Source of the DNA: Thermoproteota archaeon
Lineage (GTDB): Archaea > Korarchaeota > Korarchaeia > Korarchaeales > Korarchaeaceae
DNA: 64,000 nucleotides
Assembly: GCA_027491735.1 (NCBI GenBank)
Contig: JAOZGP010000004.1
Coordinates: forward strand, 30,396-94,395
Direction of reading: 5' to 3'
Below are positions 38,708 through 46,926 of this stretch, in pieces. The notes beneath the pieces are model-generated. The model was given only the letters and a program-made list of their open reading frames with translations. It was not told where the DNA came from and made no database searches. Positions within the stretch are counted from its first letter, which is position 1, and every line of letters begins with the position of its first letter. The position numbers were made by a program, and so were the translations under genes.

Positions 38708-40429
38708 TCATGTTGAGGCTCCGCTGGAGGCTTTCTTGAACTCCGAATACCTCCTCAACCCGTCCACAGCAACTATTATGCCAAGTATGAACAGGACTAG
38801 ACCGACAACGCCGAACACTCCATTGAGAGCGAGGGCTACTCCCTTGTAAGCAGGAGCGGCGAGAGGACCTTTTGCCAAGGGTTTTCCTAGGAAGATTGCC
38901 CTGAAGAACTTAGCTGATTCGAATATCAGAGCTGCCTCACATGTTATTATCATGAAGATTGCTGGCCAGAATGTGTATCCCGTCGGCTTCTTCTGCTTGG
39001 CCAAGTAGACAGTCACGAGCGTCAAGGCTAATCCGGCCAAGAGCTGATTGGATCCTCCAAAGAGGAGCCACAGATTTATCCAGGCGCCTGTGTAAGCCAA
39101 TATATCTCCTATCACAAGCCCTATTATGGCTCCTACGTACTTATTGCTTAGAAGAGGTCTTCCTCCTACCATATCGGCCCATACAAGCCAGAAGAACCTC
39201 ACCGCTAGGAAACCTATGGTGAGGGCGTAGAGCTCGAGCCACATAGCAAAGAAGGCCTTGATCCAAGGGGCTGCAGCCGCTCCTCCGGTATAAGGAGCTA
39301 CAAGCCTCACGGCCCCCTCCACAAGGCAGTTCCACTTAACTCCTCCAAGTGTTTTGATGTCTGCAGGAGAGAGAACCATGTAGGCTGCCAGAGAGGCAAG
39401 AGCGAGGAGGCCTTCCGTCAGCATGGATCCACCACCGACTGGAAGAGCGTCTGTCTCCACATCAAGCTGCGGAGCTGATCCCGAGGTGCTGACCAAGCTG
39501 TGCCATCCGGAGATTGCTCCACATGCTATCGAGACGGTTAGAATGGGCCATATCGGTCCAGGAGTCCAGAAGTCATTTTTAATGCCAAGCCACCCTCCCC
39601 ATCCTATCTGCTGTATTGGAACATTCGTGGCTGGGGACACGAGGGCCCCGACTATGAGCAGCAATATTCCGAATATGGCAGGGTAGGATGCCACGTAGAC
39701 GATCGGTTGCGTGACGTACATCAGGGAGATCGTGGCCCCTATGAACATCAGCACCGACGTGAAGACTATCCATACCATGAGGTTCGAGTTGGATATCGGG
39801 AATAGCTTTCCAAGAACTATACCAGCTATCACTATTATGAGTCCGATTACTGTTGAGGTTACCACGCCAGTCCTGGCCTTGTAGAGGAGGGCACCGCTCA
39901 CTATTCCGCCTATGTAGAGGAATATCATTGCCAGAACGGACTCGGGGTATATTTTGAAGAAGAGGCTACATAACACAGCAAAGACGGCTATTATAAGTAT
40001 TAGGTAGAAGAACAGGAAGCCTAGAAGGGATTTCCTTGCTCTAGGACTTATCAGCTCATAAGTCAGTGGCCCCATGGACTTCCCTTCATTCCTCACGGAG
40101 AGGAACAGGGAGGAGTAATCATGGATCCACCCTATGAAGAAGTTTCCGACCAAGATCCATATGAGGGCTGGAATCCATCCGTAAAACAGGGCTATGAATG
40201 GGCCGAGGATGGGACCAAGGCCTGCTATCCCCTTGAACTGGAATCCATAGAGGACGTACTTGCTCACAGGGAAGAAGGTTATCCCGTCCATGTACATGTG
40301 AGCCGGAGTTGCCCTCTTTGGATCGGGTTCCCAGACGTTCCTATCATACCATTTGGCGTAGAGGTAGTATGCTATGAGGTAGACCACTATCCCGAGCGCC
40401 ACAAACCAGATGGGATACATCCTCGACAT
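38708..40429 (-). CDS. cstA: Carbon starvation protein A family transporter
   Basis: TPAH..DG..F.P, IAGLGPILGP, GWIPA, HDY, IACGAISGWHSLV, FGGSNQLLA. Confidence 0.93.
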   Translation of the reverse strand: MSRMYPIWFVALGIVVYLIAYYLYAKWYDRNVWEPDPKRATPAHMYMDGITFFPVSKYVLYGFQFKGIAGLGPILGPFIALFYGWIPALIWILVGNFFIGWIHDYSSLFLSVRNEGKSMGPLTYELISPRARKSLLGFLFFYLILIIAVFAVLCSLFFKIYPESVLAMIFLYIGGIVSGALLYKARTGVVTSTVIGLIIVIAGIVLGKLFPISNSNLMVWIVFTSVLMFIGATISLMYVTQPIVYVASYPAIFGILLLIVGALVSPATNVPIQQIGWGGWLGIKNDFWTPGPIWPILTVSIACGAISGWHSLVSTSGSAPQLDVETDALPVGGGSMLTEGLLALASLAAYMVLSPADIKTLGGVKWNCLVEGAVRLVAPYTGGAAAAPWIKAFFAMWLELYALTIGFLAVRFFWLVWADMVGGRPLLSNKYVGAIIGLVIGDILAYTGAWINLWLLFGGSNQLLAGLALTLVTVYLAKQKKPTGYTFWPAIFMIITCEAALIFESAKFFRAIFLGKPLAKGPLAAPAYKGVALALNGVFGVVGLVLFILGIIVAVDGLRRYSEFKKASSGAST

Positions 40430-40504
40430 CCTCCTCTTTTCGAGTCGTTGGGTAACGCGACATGAACAGTTATAAACTTTTTTAAAGAGTTGACAGGAAA
40501 TTGG

Positions 40505-40538
40505 CGATAAGACGGATAAAAGTCGATAATTTCAATAA
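40505..40538. repeat. Phased direct repeats upstream of cstA TATA box
   Basis: CGATAA 40505, GGATAA 40514, CGATAA 40524, CAATAA 40533 (9/10/9 spacing); TTTATAAC on minus strand at 40476-40469. Confidence 0.65.
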
Positions 40539-40540
40539 AG

Positions 40541-41146
40541 GTGCTTATGATGGAAGCGGGTTTCGTCGTGGTTCTAGCCATCACCACCCTGATGGTGTTG
40601 TGGTTCCTGGCCGGGAGGAGGATGAACTTCAAAAGGCAGAGTCATCTCTGGAGGGAGGTTGCTCCGAAAATAAAGAGATATTCGAGGAAGGTGAACTTCA
40701 GGGGATTGGGATCCGGAGGTTTTCAGGTGAGCTTTCGAGGAGGAGGTCCCCTTTCAAGGGTGGAGCTGTTTTTCGTCCTCTTGGATAGGGAGAATCTTCC
40801 CCACCTCCTGTTTCAAAAGGCTGTGGGGAGAGGAGATGAGGTCTATCTAAGGGCCTCCTTCACAAGAAGCCCTGACTTCAGGCTGAGGATATCCGAGAGA
40901 GAGGAGAGCATGCCAAAAGTGAACTGGATAGATCTTGGAGAGGAGCTCAAGGTGTTCTCTGAGGATCCCTCTAGGGCCGCCAAGATCCTCCTCAATGACA
41001 GGTTCAGAGATCTATTCAGTAAGATCAAGATAAGGGGTTTGTCGATAGCTCCAGAGGAGCCACATCTCATCATGAGATGTGATGCTGATCCGGAGAGCCT
41101 GGAGAACATCCTTAGAATGGCGGAGTTCCTGGCATCACATGTCTAA
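40541..41146 (+). CDS. Single-pass membrane protein, CCDC47/DUF1682-like by motif spacing
   Basis: N-terminal TM then GRRMN..W; G-x15-RENL-x12-DEV; family call is inference. Confidence 0.7.
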   Translation: MLMMEAGFVVVLAITTLMVLWFLAGRRMNFKRQSHLWREVAPKIKRYSRKVNFRGLGSGGFQVSFRGGGPLSRVELFFVLLDRENLPHLLFQKAVGRGDEVYLRASFTRSPDFRLRISEREESMPKVNWIDLGEELKVFSEDPSRAAKILLNDRFRDLFSKIKIRGLSIAPEEPHLIMRCDADPESLENILRMAEFLASHV

Positions 41147-41649
41147 TGACATGAGAGCTCCTGAAGGAGATCCTTCAGGAACAGCACTTCATCTTTGTTC
41201 CTGCCTAATATTTTTATCTCAAGTTTCCTGCCTGTGACGTCACAGAAGAAACATAGAATGACTTCCCAGAGAAGGCCCCTCTTGAAGAGACCCTCCCTAA
41301 CTCTCCTCAAGACGTAACCGCAGTCATGCCCATTAACCCTCATCACTCCGTGATCCTCCGATTTCCTTGTCATCTTCTCCACCCACCTCCAAGGATCAAA
41401 ACCTCTCCTAATCACGGGCTCTGATGCGCTGACCTTTAGCAGAACCTCTCCTCCATCATCTGAGATCACTCCAACGGTTATATGACCATTAGTGGCCCAG
41501 GTTATTCCTCCTGACTCCTTGGACGTCTCTACCTCAACCATTCTAAGAGGAAAAACTCTCCAACCCTCCGGAACGCTTATCGACACAAACCTAACAGTTC
41601 CTAGGATTATGTTCTTGGCGTCTAGGTCAACGTGTGCTCTCACGGGCAT
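41143..41649 (-). CDS. Hypothetical protein
   Basis: ORF 41143..41712, likely ATG 41649; VPEGW, FFCDVTGR, terminal CH. Confidence 0.7.
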   Translation of the reverse strand: MPVRAHVDLDAKNIILGTVRFVSISVPEGWRVFPLRMVEVETSKESGGITWATNGHITVGVISDDGGEVLLKVSASEPVIRRGFDPWRWVEKMTRKSEDHGVMRVNGHDCGYVLRRVREGLFKRGLLWEVILCFFCDVTGRKLEIKILGRNKDEVLFLKDLLQELSCH

Positions 41650-41736
41650 GCAGAAGATGGCTGAAGCTAAAAACATTCCACGAGGATTATGGCTTTGATT
41701 TTTTGTACCCATATTATATTATATAATATATCTAAG

Positions 41737-41759
41737 TTTGATCATGACATGTGATCAAA
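41737..41759. promoter_or_regulatory. Inverted repeat TTTGATCA-N7-TGATCAAA
   Basis: Perfect 8-bp arms next to AT palindrome TATATTATATAATATA (41715-41730). Confidence 0.4.
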
Positions 41760-42390
41760 GACCTCTGCTGAAGAAATCCCTGACATAGTTCTCCAGATCC
41801 CTCGTGCTGTGTCCTGGGCATATCCTCCCAGCAAACTTCTTGATGATGTACACTAGGTCCTCCACGAGTTCCTCCTTTTCCCATTGAGACTTCTTACCCA
41901 AGACCGTCTCTACCTTAACACCGTATCCCTTGATGAGCTTGTTCAAGTAATTAAAGCAGAAGCGGGAGATCTCCTCGGTATCAAACAAGACCACGACATC
42001 AACGCCTCCATTGACGATCATGTCCAGAAGCTTCATGAGACCTTTTCTCTCCTCTCCCTCGAATGAGGACATTTCCTTGATCACCTTGACCACTCTGTAG
42101 TTCTTCCTATGACAGTATCTCCTCAGGATCTCTACTCTTCTCTCAAGCTCATCCCTCAATCCAAGAAATCTGGACCTCACGTATATGACCGCTCTCCTCC
42201 CTTCCTCCCTCGCCTCCAGAATCCTCTTAACCTCCTCATTAGAGATTCTGTAGTGTCCTCCTCTGGTCCTCATGGCATTCACATAGCCAGATCTTATCCA
42301 GCATCTGATTGTCGATGGATGAAGATTTAACATCTCAGCGAGCTCGCTCACCTTTAGATATTTCTTATCGATTTTATCGCTTTTGCTCAT
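41755..42390 (-). CDS. IS607-family TnpA-like serine recombinase with MerR-like HTH; catalytic motifs degenerate; no tnpB
   Basis: YLKVSELAEMLNLHPSTIRCW..RTRGGHYR; IYVRSR instead of YARVS; EEISRF instead of DRLxRF; EELVEDL. Confidence 0.85.
   Translation of the reverse strand: MSKSDKIDKKYLKVSELAEMLNLHPSTIRCWIRSGYVNAMRTRGGHYRISNEEVKRILEAREEGRRAVIYVRSRFLGLRDELERRVEILRRYCHRKNYRVVKVIKEMSSFEGEERKGLMKLLDMIVNGGVDVVVLFDTEEISRFCFNYLNKLIKGYGVKVETVLGKKSQWEKEELVEDLVYIIKKFAGRICPGHSTRDLENYVRDFFSRGL
42365..42379. repeat. TTATCG direct repeat, 9-bp spacing
   Basis: TTATCG at 42365 and 42374, same motif and relative orientation as upstream of cstA. Confidence 0.5.
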
Positions 42391-42456
42391 AAATCTCACA
42401 TCTCTAGAGAAGAATCCTTATTAATTTATATATTGTGATGTATCCGAGGTGATTCT

Positions 42457-42765
42457 GTGATATTCAGGAGGAAGAAGAAGGAAGAGAATAAGGCCGGGAA
42501 AAAAGAAGGAGCGACTAGTGAGGCTAAGGAGGCAGTTAAGGGTCTTATCTATGGAATGTCAGCCCACGCGGTGACAAGACAGATGCTGAAGACCAGGATG
42601 TACCTTGAGCACCTCTTCATGCTCATAACCCTGGGCGACATGCTTGGGATACCGATACTCCCCCCCTACTACTCGCTAAAGCTCCTTCCGTACGCTGTTC
42701 CAAACATAAAGACCTGGAAGAGGAGCCTTTTCAAGGAGAGGGACATAACTGACATGTTCTACTGA
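42457..42765 (+). CDS. Small CstA/ArsA-associated protein, copy 1
   Basis: EHLFMLITLGDMLGIPILPPYYSLKLLPY..W; GAGGTGA SD. Confidence 0.8.
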   Translation: MIFRRKKKEENKAGKKEGATSEAKEAVKGLIYGMSAHAVTRQMLKTRMYLEHLFMLITLGDMLGIPILPPYYSLKLLPYAVPNIKTWKRSLFKERDITDMFY

Positions 42766-42774
42766 GGTGCCGAT

Positions 42775-43776
42775 ATGAAGTCCCTTAAGGAGTTCCTGGA
42801 CGAGAGGCCTGACATGAAGGTGATAATCAACGCTGGGAAGGGAGGGCTTGGGAAGACCACATCGAGTGCAGCAATGTCCTACTGGTTTGCCAAACATGGG
42901 AAGAGACCTCTCTGCTTCAGCACAGATCCGCAAGCATCGCTAAGTGATATATTTGAGAGTGATCTGTTCGGAAAGGGAATTCAAGAGATAGAGAAGAACT
43001 TATTTGTCGTCGAGATAGACGCAGATAGGAGAATTCAAGAGTTCCAGGAGGAGATCAGGAATAAGATAAAGGAAATGTATGGACTTGACGAAATACCTGA
43101 AGAGATAGACGAATACATAACCACCTCTGCCTATGAGCCAGCGATGCATGAATCAGCGACCTACGACGCTATGGCTGAGCTTTTGGCTGAGGGAAAGTAC
43201 AATCCGTACATCTTCGACATGCCACCCTTCGGACATGGTGTGAGGATGATAAGCATGGCCAAGATTCTGGACGCCTGGATAGATAAGATGGAAGAGACCA
43301 GGAGAAAAGCCGCTCAATATGCTGAGGCTGCGGCCTCACTGAGAGGAGCTGCAGCGAAGACGGAAGAGGAGGTCCTGAAGGAGCTCAGGTCCATAAGGAG
43401 GAGGTTGGACTTCTTCAGTGAGATCCTATCAAATCCTGAATACTCTGCCTTCTTCATGGTGATAATACCGGAGAAGATGGCGATATTGGACACCGAGAGG
43501 GCTTTAGGAATGTTTAAAAGGCTAGGAATAGAGATGGCTGGCGTGATAGTCAATCAGGTGTATCCAAGGGAGCTCCTGAAGAGGCCTGATCTAAGTGACT
43601 TCCTGAGGAAGAGGATAGAGATGCAGCAGAAGTACCTCAAGGAGATAAAGGAGAAATTTGGTGAGTATGTGAGGGCTATAGTTCCGATGTTCGATAGGGA
43701 GCCGAAGGGGATGGAGATGCTGGCTAAGGTAGCTCATCACCTGTTCGAGGAGCCAGGTTTGGAGGTGTTAGAATGA
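42775..43776 (+). CDS. ArsA/Get3-family ATPase, copy 1
   Basis: GKGGLGKT, STDPQASLSD, DMPPFGH, PEKM, VNQ. Confidence 0.92.
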   Translation: MKSLKEFLDERPDMKVIINAGKGGLGKTTSSAAMSYWFAKHGKRPLCFSTDPQASLSDIFESDLFGKGIQEIEKNLFVVEIDADRRIQEFQEEIRNKIKEMYGLDEIPEEIDEYITTSAYEPAMHESATYDAMAELLAEGKYNPYIFDMPPFGHGVRMISMAKILDAWIDKMEETRRKAAQYAEAAASLRGAAAKTEEEVLKELRSIRRRLDFFSEILSNPEYSAFFMVIIPEKMAILDTERALGMFKRLGIEMAGVIVNQVYPRELLKRPDLSDFLRKRIEMQQKYLKEIKEKFGEYVRAIVPMFDREPKGMEMLAKVAHHLFEEPGLEVLE

Positions 43777-44822
43777 GCGAGGAGAGCATGATTCTCGTGG
43801 AGAAGCCCGTTGGATTTAGGGATTATGTGACGACCCACGAGTCCTTGAAGTTCTTCTTCACCGGCGGAAAAGGAGGGGTCGGAAAGACCGTGGCCGCTGC
43901 AGGAATAGCAGCCTACTTTGCCAAGGAGGGAAAGAAGGTTCTGTTGGCCTCCCTTAACCCAGTGCACTCCCTCTCCAGCTTGTTTAGTCAGGATCTCTCT
44001 GGAGGAGAGATAAAACTGGTGGAGGGGATAGAAAATCTGGACGCAATTGAGGTCGACATAAGCGACAAGGTGGCGAGTTACAAGAGACAGCTAGCTGATA
44101 GGCTCTCCTGGTTCCTGAAGTGGGCAGACATACCACTGAAAGCATCTGAATTTATAGATATAGCTGCTACAAACCCCGCTTTTGAGGAAAGCGCTATGTT
44201 CGATGCCACTGTGGACATATTACTCCAGCAAGGAGAGAACTATGACAAAATAGTTTTTGACTGCGCTGCTGTGGCAAATGCGGTTAGACTTCTTGGGCTC
44301 AACAAGATCTACGGGCTCTGGCTTCAGAGGATGATAAAAAGCAGAGAAGAGGCTCTTTCGCTAAGGGTAAAGCTTTCCTTCAGGAAAGATAAGGCCATGG
44401 AGGAGATAAAGAAGGATCCTTTGATGAAGGACCTGCTTGGGCTCAAGGAGAGGACCGATAGGGCAAGCGAGGTGCTCGGAGATCCTAGCAGGACGGCCTT
44501 CTTCTTCGTGACCCTGCCACTAGCTCTTCCAATATCAGTCGTTGAGAGGTTCATAAACATGGTCAAGGGCTTCAACATAGCGATAGGAGGGGTTGTTGTC
44601 AATGGGGTCATAAGAAGGGAGCTCGCTGAGAGGGGTACTGAATATCTGAGGAACAAGTACGAGGAGCAGAAGAGATACCTTGAGATGATAGAGGATAAGA
44701 TGGGCCCACTTGTCAGAGCCGTTATTCCTCTGTATGAGACCGAGATAGTTGGAACTGAGATGATCCTCAGAATAGCGGATGATCTGTCGACATGGACCCC
44801 CGAGAAAGGACTGTTCCTTTGA
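43773..44822 (+). CDS. ArsA/Get3-family ATPase, copy 2, deviant switch motifs
   Basis: GKGGVGKT, SLNPVHSLS, DCAAVAN. Confidence 0.9.
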   Translation: MSEESMILVEKPVGFRDYVTTHESLKFFFTGGKGGVGKTVAAAGIAAYFAKEGKKVLLASLNPVHSLSSLFSQDLSGGEIKLVEGIENLDAIEVDISDKVASYKRQLADRLSWFLKWADIPLKASEFIDIAATNPAFEESAMFDATVDILLQQGENYDKIVFDCAAVANAVRLLGLNKIYGLWLQRMIKSREEALSLRVKLSFRKDKAMEEIKKDPLMKDLLGLKERTDRASEVLGDPSRTAFFFVTLPLALPISVVERFINMVKGFNIAIGGVVVNGVIRRELAERGTEYLRNKYEEQKRYLEMIEDKMGPLVRAVIPLYETEIVGTEMILRIADDLSTWTPEKGLFL

Positions 44823-44832
44823 GGAGATTGCT

Positions 44833-45084
44833 TTGGGGTTAAAGGAGCATCTAAAGGATTTCTTTTTTGGTTTTGCTGTCTTACCTCATCTAAGAACTGT
44901 TGTAAAGATGCGCTTTGAGGAGGACATGTTCATGATGACCTTGACCATAGGGGACATGATCGGTCTGCCCATAATGCCCCCCGTTTACAAGCTCTCCCTG
45001 CTCCCCTACTGGTTGCCTCTTATAAGGAGATGGAAGAAAGAGCTGCTTGGTGAGAAGGGCGCTCTTGAGAAGATAGAGGAATAG
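44833..45084 (+). CDS. Small CstA/ArsA-associated protein, copy 2
   Basis: EDMFMMTLTIGDMIGLPIMPPVYKLSLLPY..W; TTG 44833 after GAGGAG. Confidence 0.8.
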   Translation: MGLKEHLKDFFFGFAVLPHLRTVVKMRFEEDMFMMTLTIGDMIGLPIMPPVYKLSLLPYWLPLIRRWKKELLGEKGALEKIEE

Positions 45085-45179
45085 CTCTCACAGGTGAACC
45101 GTGACCTGCTAAGGCAAGTAGGAAAGAGGTTTGAGTTCAAAATGTTTTAACCCAAGGGCTGGCAGTTCGCGTGCTCTCT

Positions 45180-45420
45180 GCCAGCTTATGCCGAGATCAC
45201 AAGATATTTTGAGAGCTACACAAAGCCGCGTGCATGAGCAATAGCGTCGGAGCTGCTGAAAACTGCTGAGGACATAACGATGACCAGGCCTGGAGCAGTC
45301 TAGATTTCGCAACAGAATAACTGCAAGCCCTCAGAAGCAGCTGACGACAGGTTCCTCTCTACCCGACGAAGGGTTCTTTGAAGGAGGACAATCGATCCTC
45401 ACCATGATCGGGTCGAGTTT
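45180..45420 (+). pseudogene. Possible PIN-domain remnant
   Basis: Fragments AYAEITRY, AADDRFL, SILTM across stops/frameshifts. Confidence 0.25.
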
Positions 45421-45487
45421 AAAGCAGAAATCATTTCACATTGGAGGAAAGATTTATAGAGTTTGCAGCTGGTGGTGTAGCTCTGAG

Positions 45488-46312
45488 TTGATCGGTGAGA
45501 TAGCTTCCGTGCTTACAGGACTGATCTGGGGAGCGACTCCAGTGCTTTATGAAGATTCAACTGAGAGGATCGGTCCTGTGCTGGCGAACCTGATGAAAAG
45601 CTTTGGTGCCCTTACTGTAAACCTCATCATGATCATCCCCTTCGGAGTGAAGATTCCCTGTGGATTGCCCCTGGCTCTCCTGATACTGGAGTCCTTCATA
45701 GCTGGAGGAGTGGGTGATTTCCTGTTCTTCCTTTCGATAAAGGAGCTCAAAGCCTTCAGAGCCGTGCCGATAGTGTATGTGTATCTCATGCTGGCCAACA
45801 TCTGGAACTTTCTTCTCAACGGAAGCCTTCCTCCTATCACCGCTGCGATTGGCATGCTGCTGGCCGTGACTGGGATATGGATCATGCTCTGGAGAGATGG
45901 ATCCCTCAGCCTCAAAGGAATTATCTATGCCCTGTCCTCAATGGTGCTCTTCTCCATAGCCCCTGTGATAGCTCAGATAGCTCTCAGGAGCATACAAACT
46001 GTTCAGGCTGCTTTTATCAACTCACTCTTCTTATCCATTATGTTCTCGCTGTTCGTTCCGTTCTCCAAGCGCAGATTCTCTGGAAGAGGTGTATTGAGCG
46101 GCTTTGTGGGAGGGGCACTGGGCGTCGGCCTGGGAGTATTTCTTTACTTTTCAGCTATACAGAACATTGGAATAATGTTCCCCGTGCTCTGCACTGCCCT
46201 GAGCCCCCTAACGGTCCAGGTTTTCTCATGGATTTCAGGGAGAGATCCAGATTTAAGAAGCACATGTGGCGCTATTGTGATCGTCTTCGGCTTGATGATC
46301 TCCCTCCTATGA
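45488..46312 (+). CDS. DMT/EamA family transporter
   Basis: About 10 TM in two repeats; LIWGA, GDFLFF.SI, LYFSAI..IG. Confidence 0.85.
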   Translation: MIGEIASVLTGLIWGATPVLYEDSTERIGPVLANLMKSFGALTVNLIMIIPFGVKIPCGLPLALLILESFIAGGVGDFLFFLSIKELKAFRAVPIVYVYLMLANIWNFLLNGSLPPITAAIGMLLAVTGIWIMLWRDGSLSLKGIIYALSSMVLFSIAPVIAQIALRSIQTVQAAFINSLFLSIMFSLFVPFSKRRFSGRGVLSGFVGGALGVGLGVFLYFSAIQNIGIMFPVLCTALSPLTVQVFSWISGRDPDLRSTCGAIVIVFGLMISLL

Positions 46313-46373
46313 TCCCAATCAGACTCTTTTGAGAACTAACCATCCCAACCTCAAGATCAAAGTGGAGTGTTGG

Positions 46374-46900
46374 GTGACCTTCCCCTCTAAAGACGGGGGC
46401 TTCCACCAGAAGCCTTACGGAGGTTGGGGAGTGTGCATCACAAAGCTGCACACTCCTTCTGGCTGGGTCACTACAGCCCCTGACCGCAGCGTATAGCCCA
46501 TGCTCGTTTTAGTATGTTTTTAGCTCCGTTGATATCGGTGTTGACAGCATACCCACAGTCCTTCAGATGAAAACTCCTTGTGAAGGTCTCTCTGTGTCCA
46601 TTGAGCCACATCTCGAACACTGCTTCGACGTGTTGTGTCAGGAACCTCCATCGCCTTGTATTTGATGTATTCCTTCAGGCGGTAGAAGGCATCGAGTTAA
46701 CCCTCCTGTTCACTTCCCTCCCTTGCCGTTGTCTCTGACGCCGTCTAAGTTTCCCATAGCGATTATTGCATTGTGCCTCCCAGCTTCATCAACGACTTCC
46801 TTTGCTATCCTGCTTTCTTAGCGACATTTTTGTAAAGATCAAGCGTTCGGCTTGCAGCGGAATTGTGAGCGAGTGGTTTTGTATGAAGACCTATAATCGT
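46374..46900 (-). mobile_element. Internally deleted IS200/IS605-family element: tnpB pseudogene plus right end
   Basis: Fragments IAKEVVDEA..IIAMGNL, YRLKEYIKYKA, NTSKQCSRCG, CGYAVNTDINGAKNIL; end GAAGCCCCCGTCTTTAGAGGGGAAGGTCAC; left boundary approximate. Confidence 0.85.
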
Positions 46901-46926
46901 GAAAGTTTATAATCGATTTCCTCAAG

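Noticed and set aside
42775-44822. Arsenic resistance operon
   Set aside because: No arsB, acr3, arsC, arsD or arsR; few Cys for metalloid binding
41755-46900. One composite IS607 element made of the tnpA-like gene and the tnpB remnant
   Set aside because: 4 kb apart, wrong order, and the tnpB end looks IS200/IS605-type
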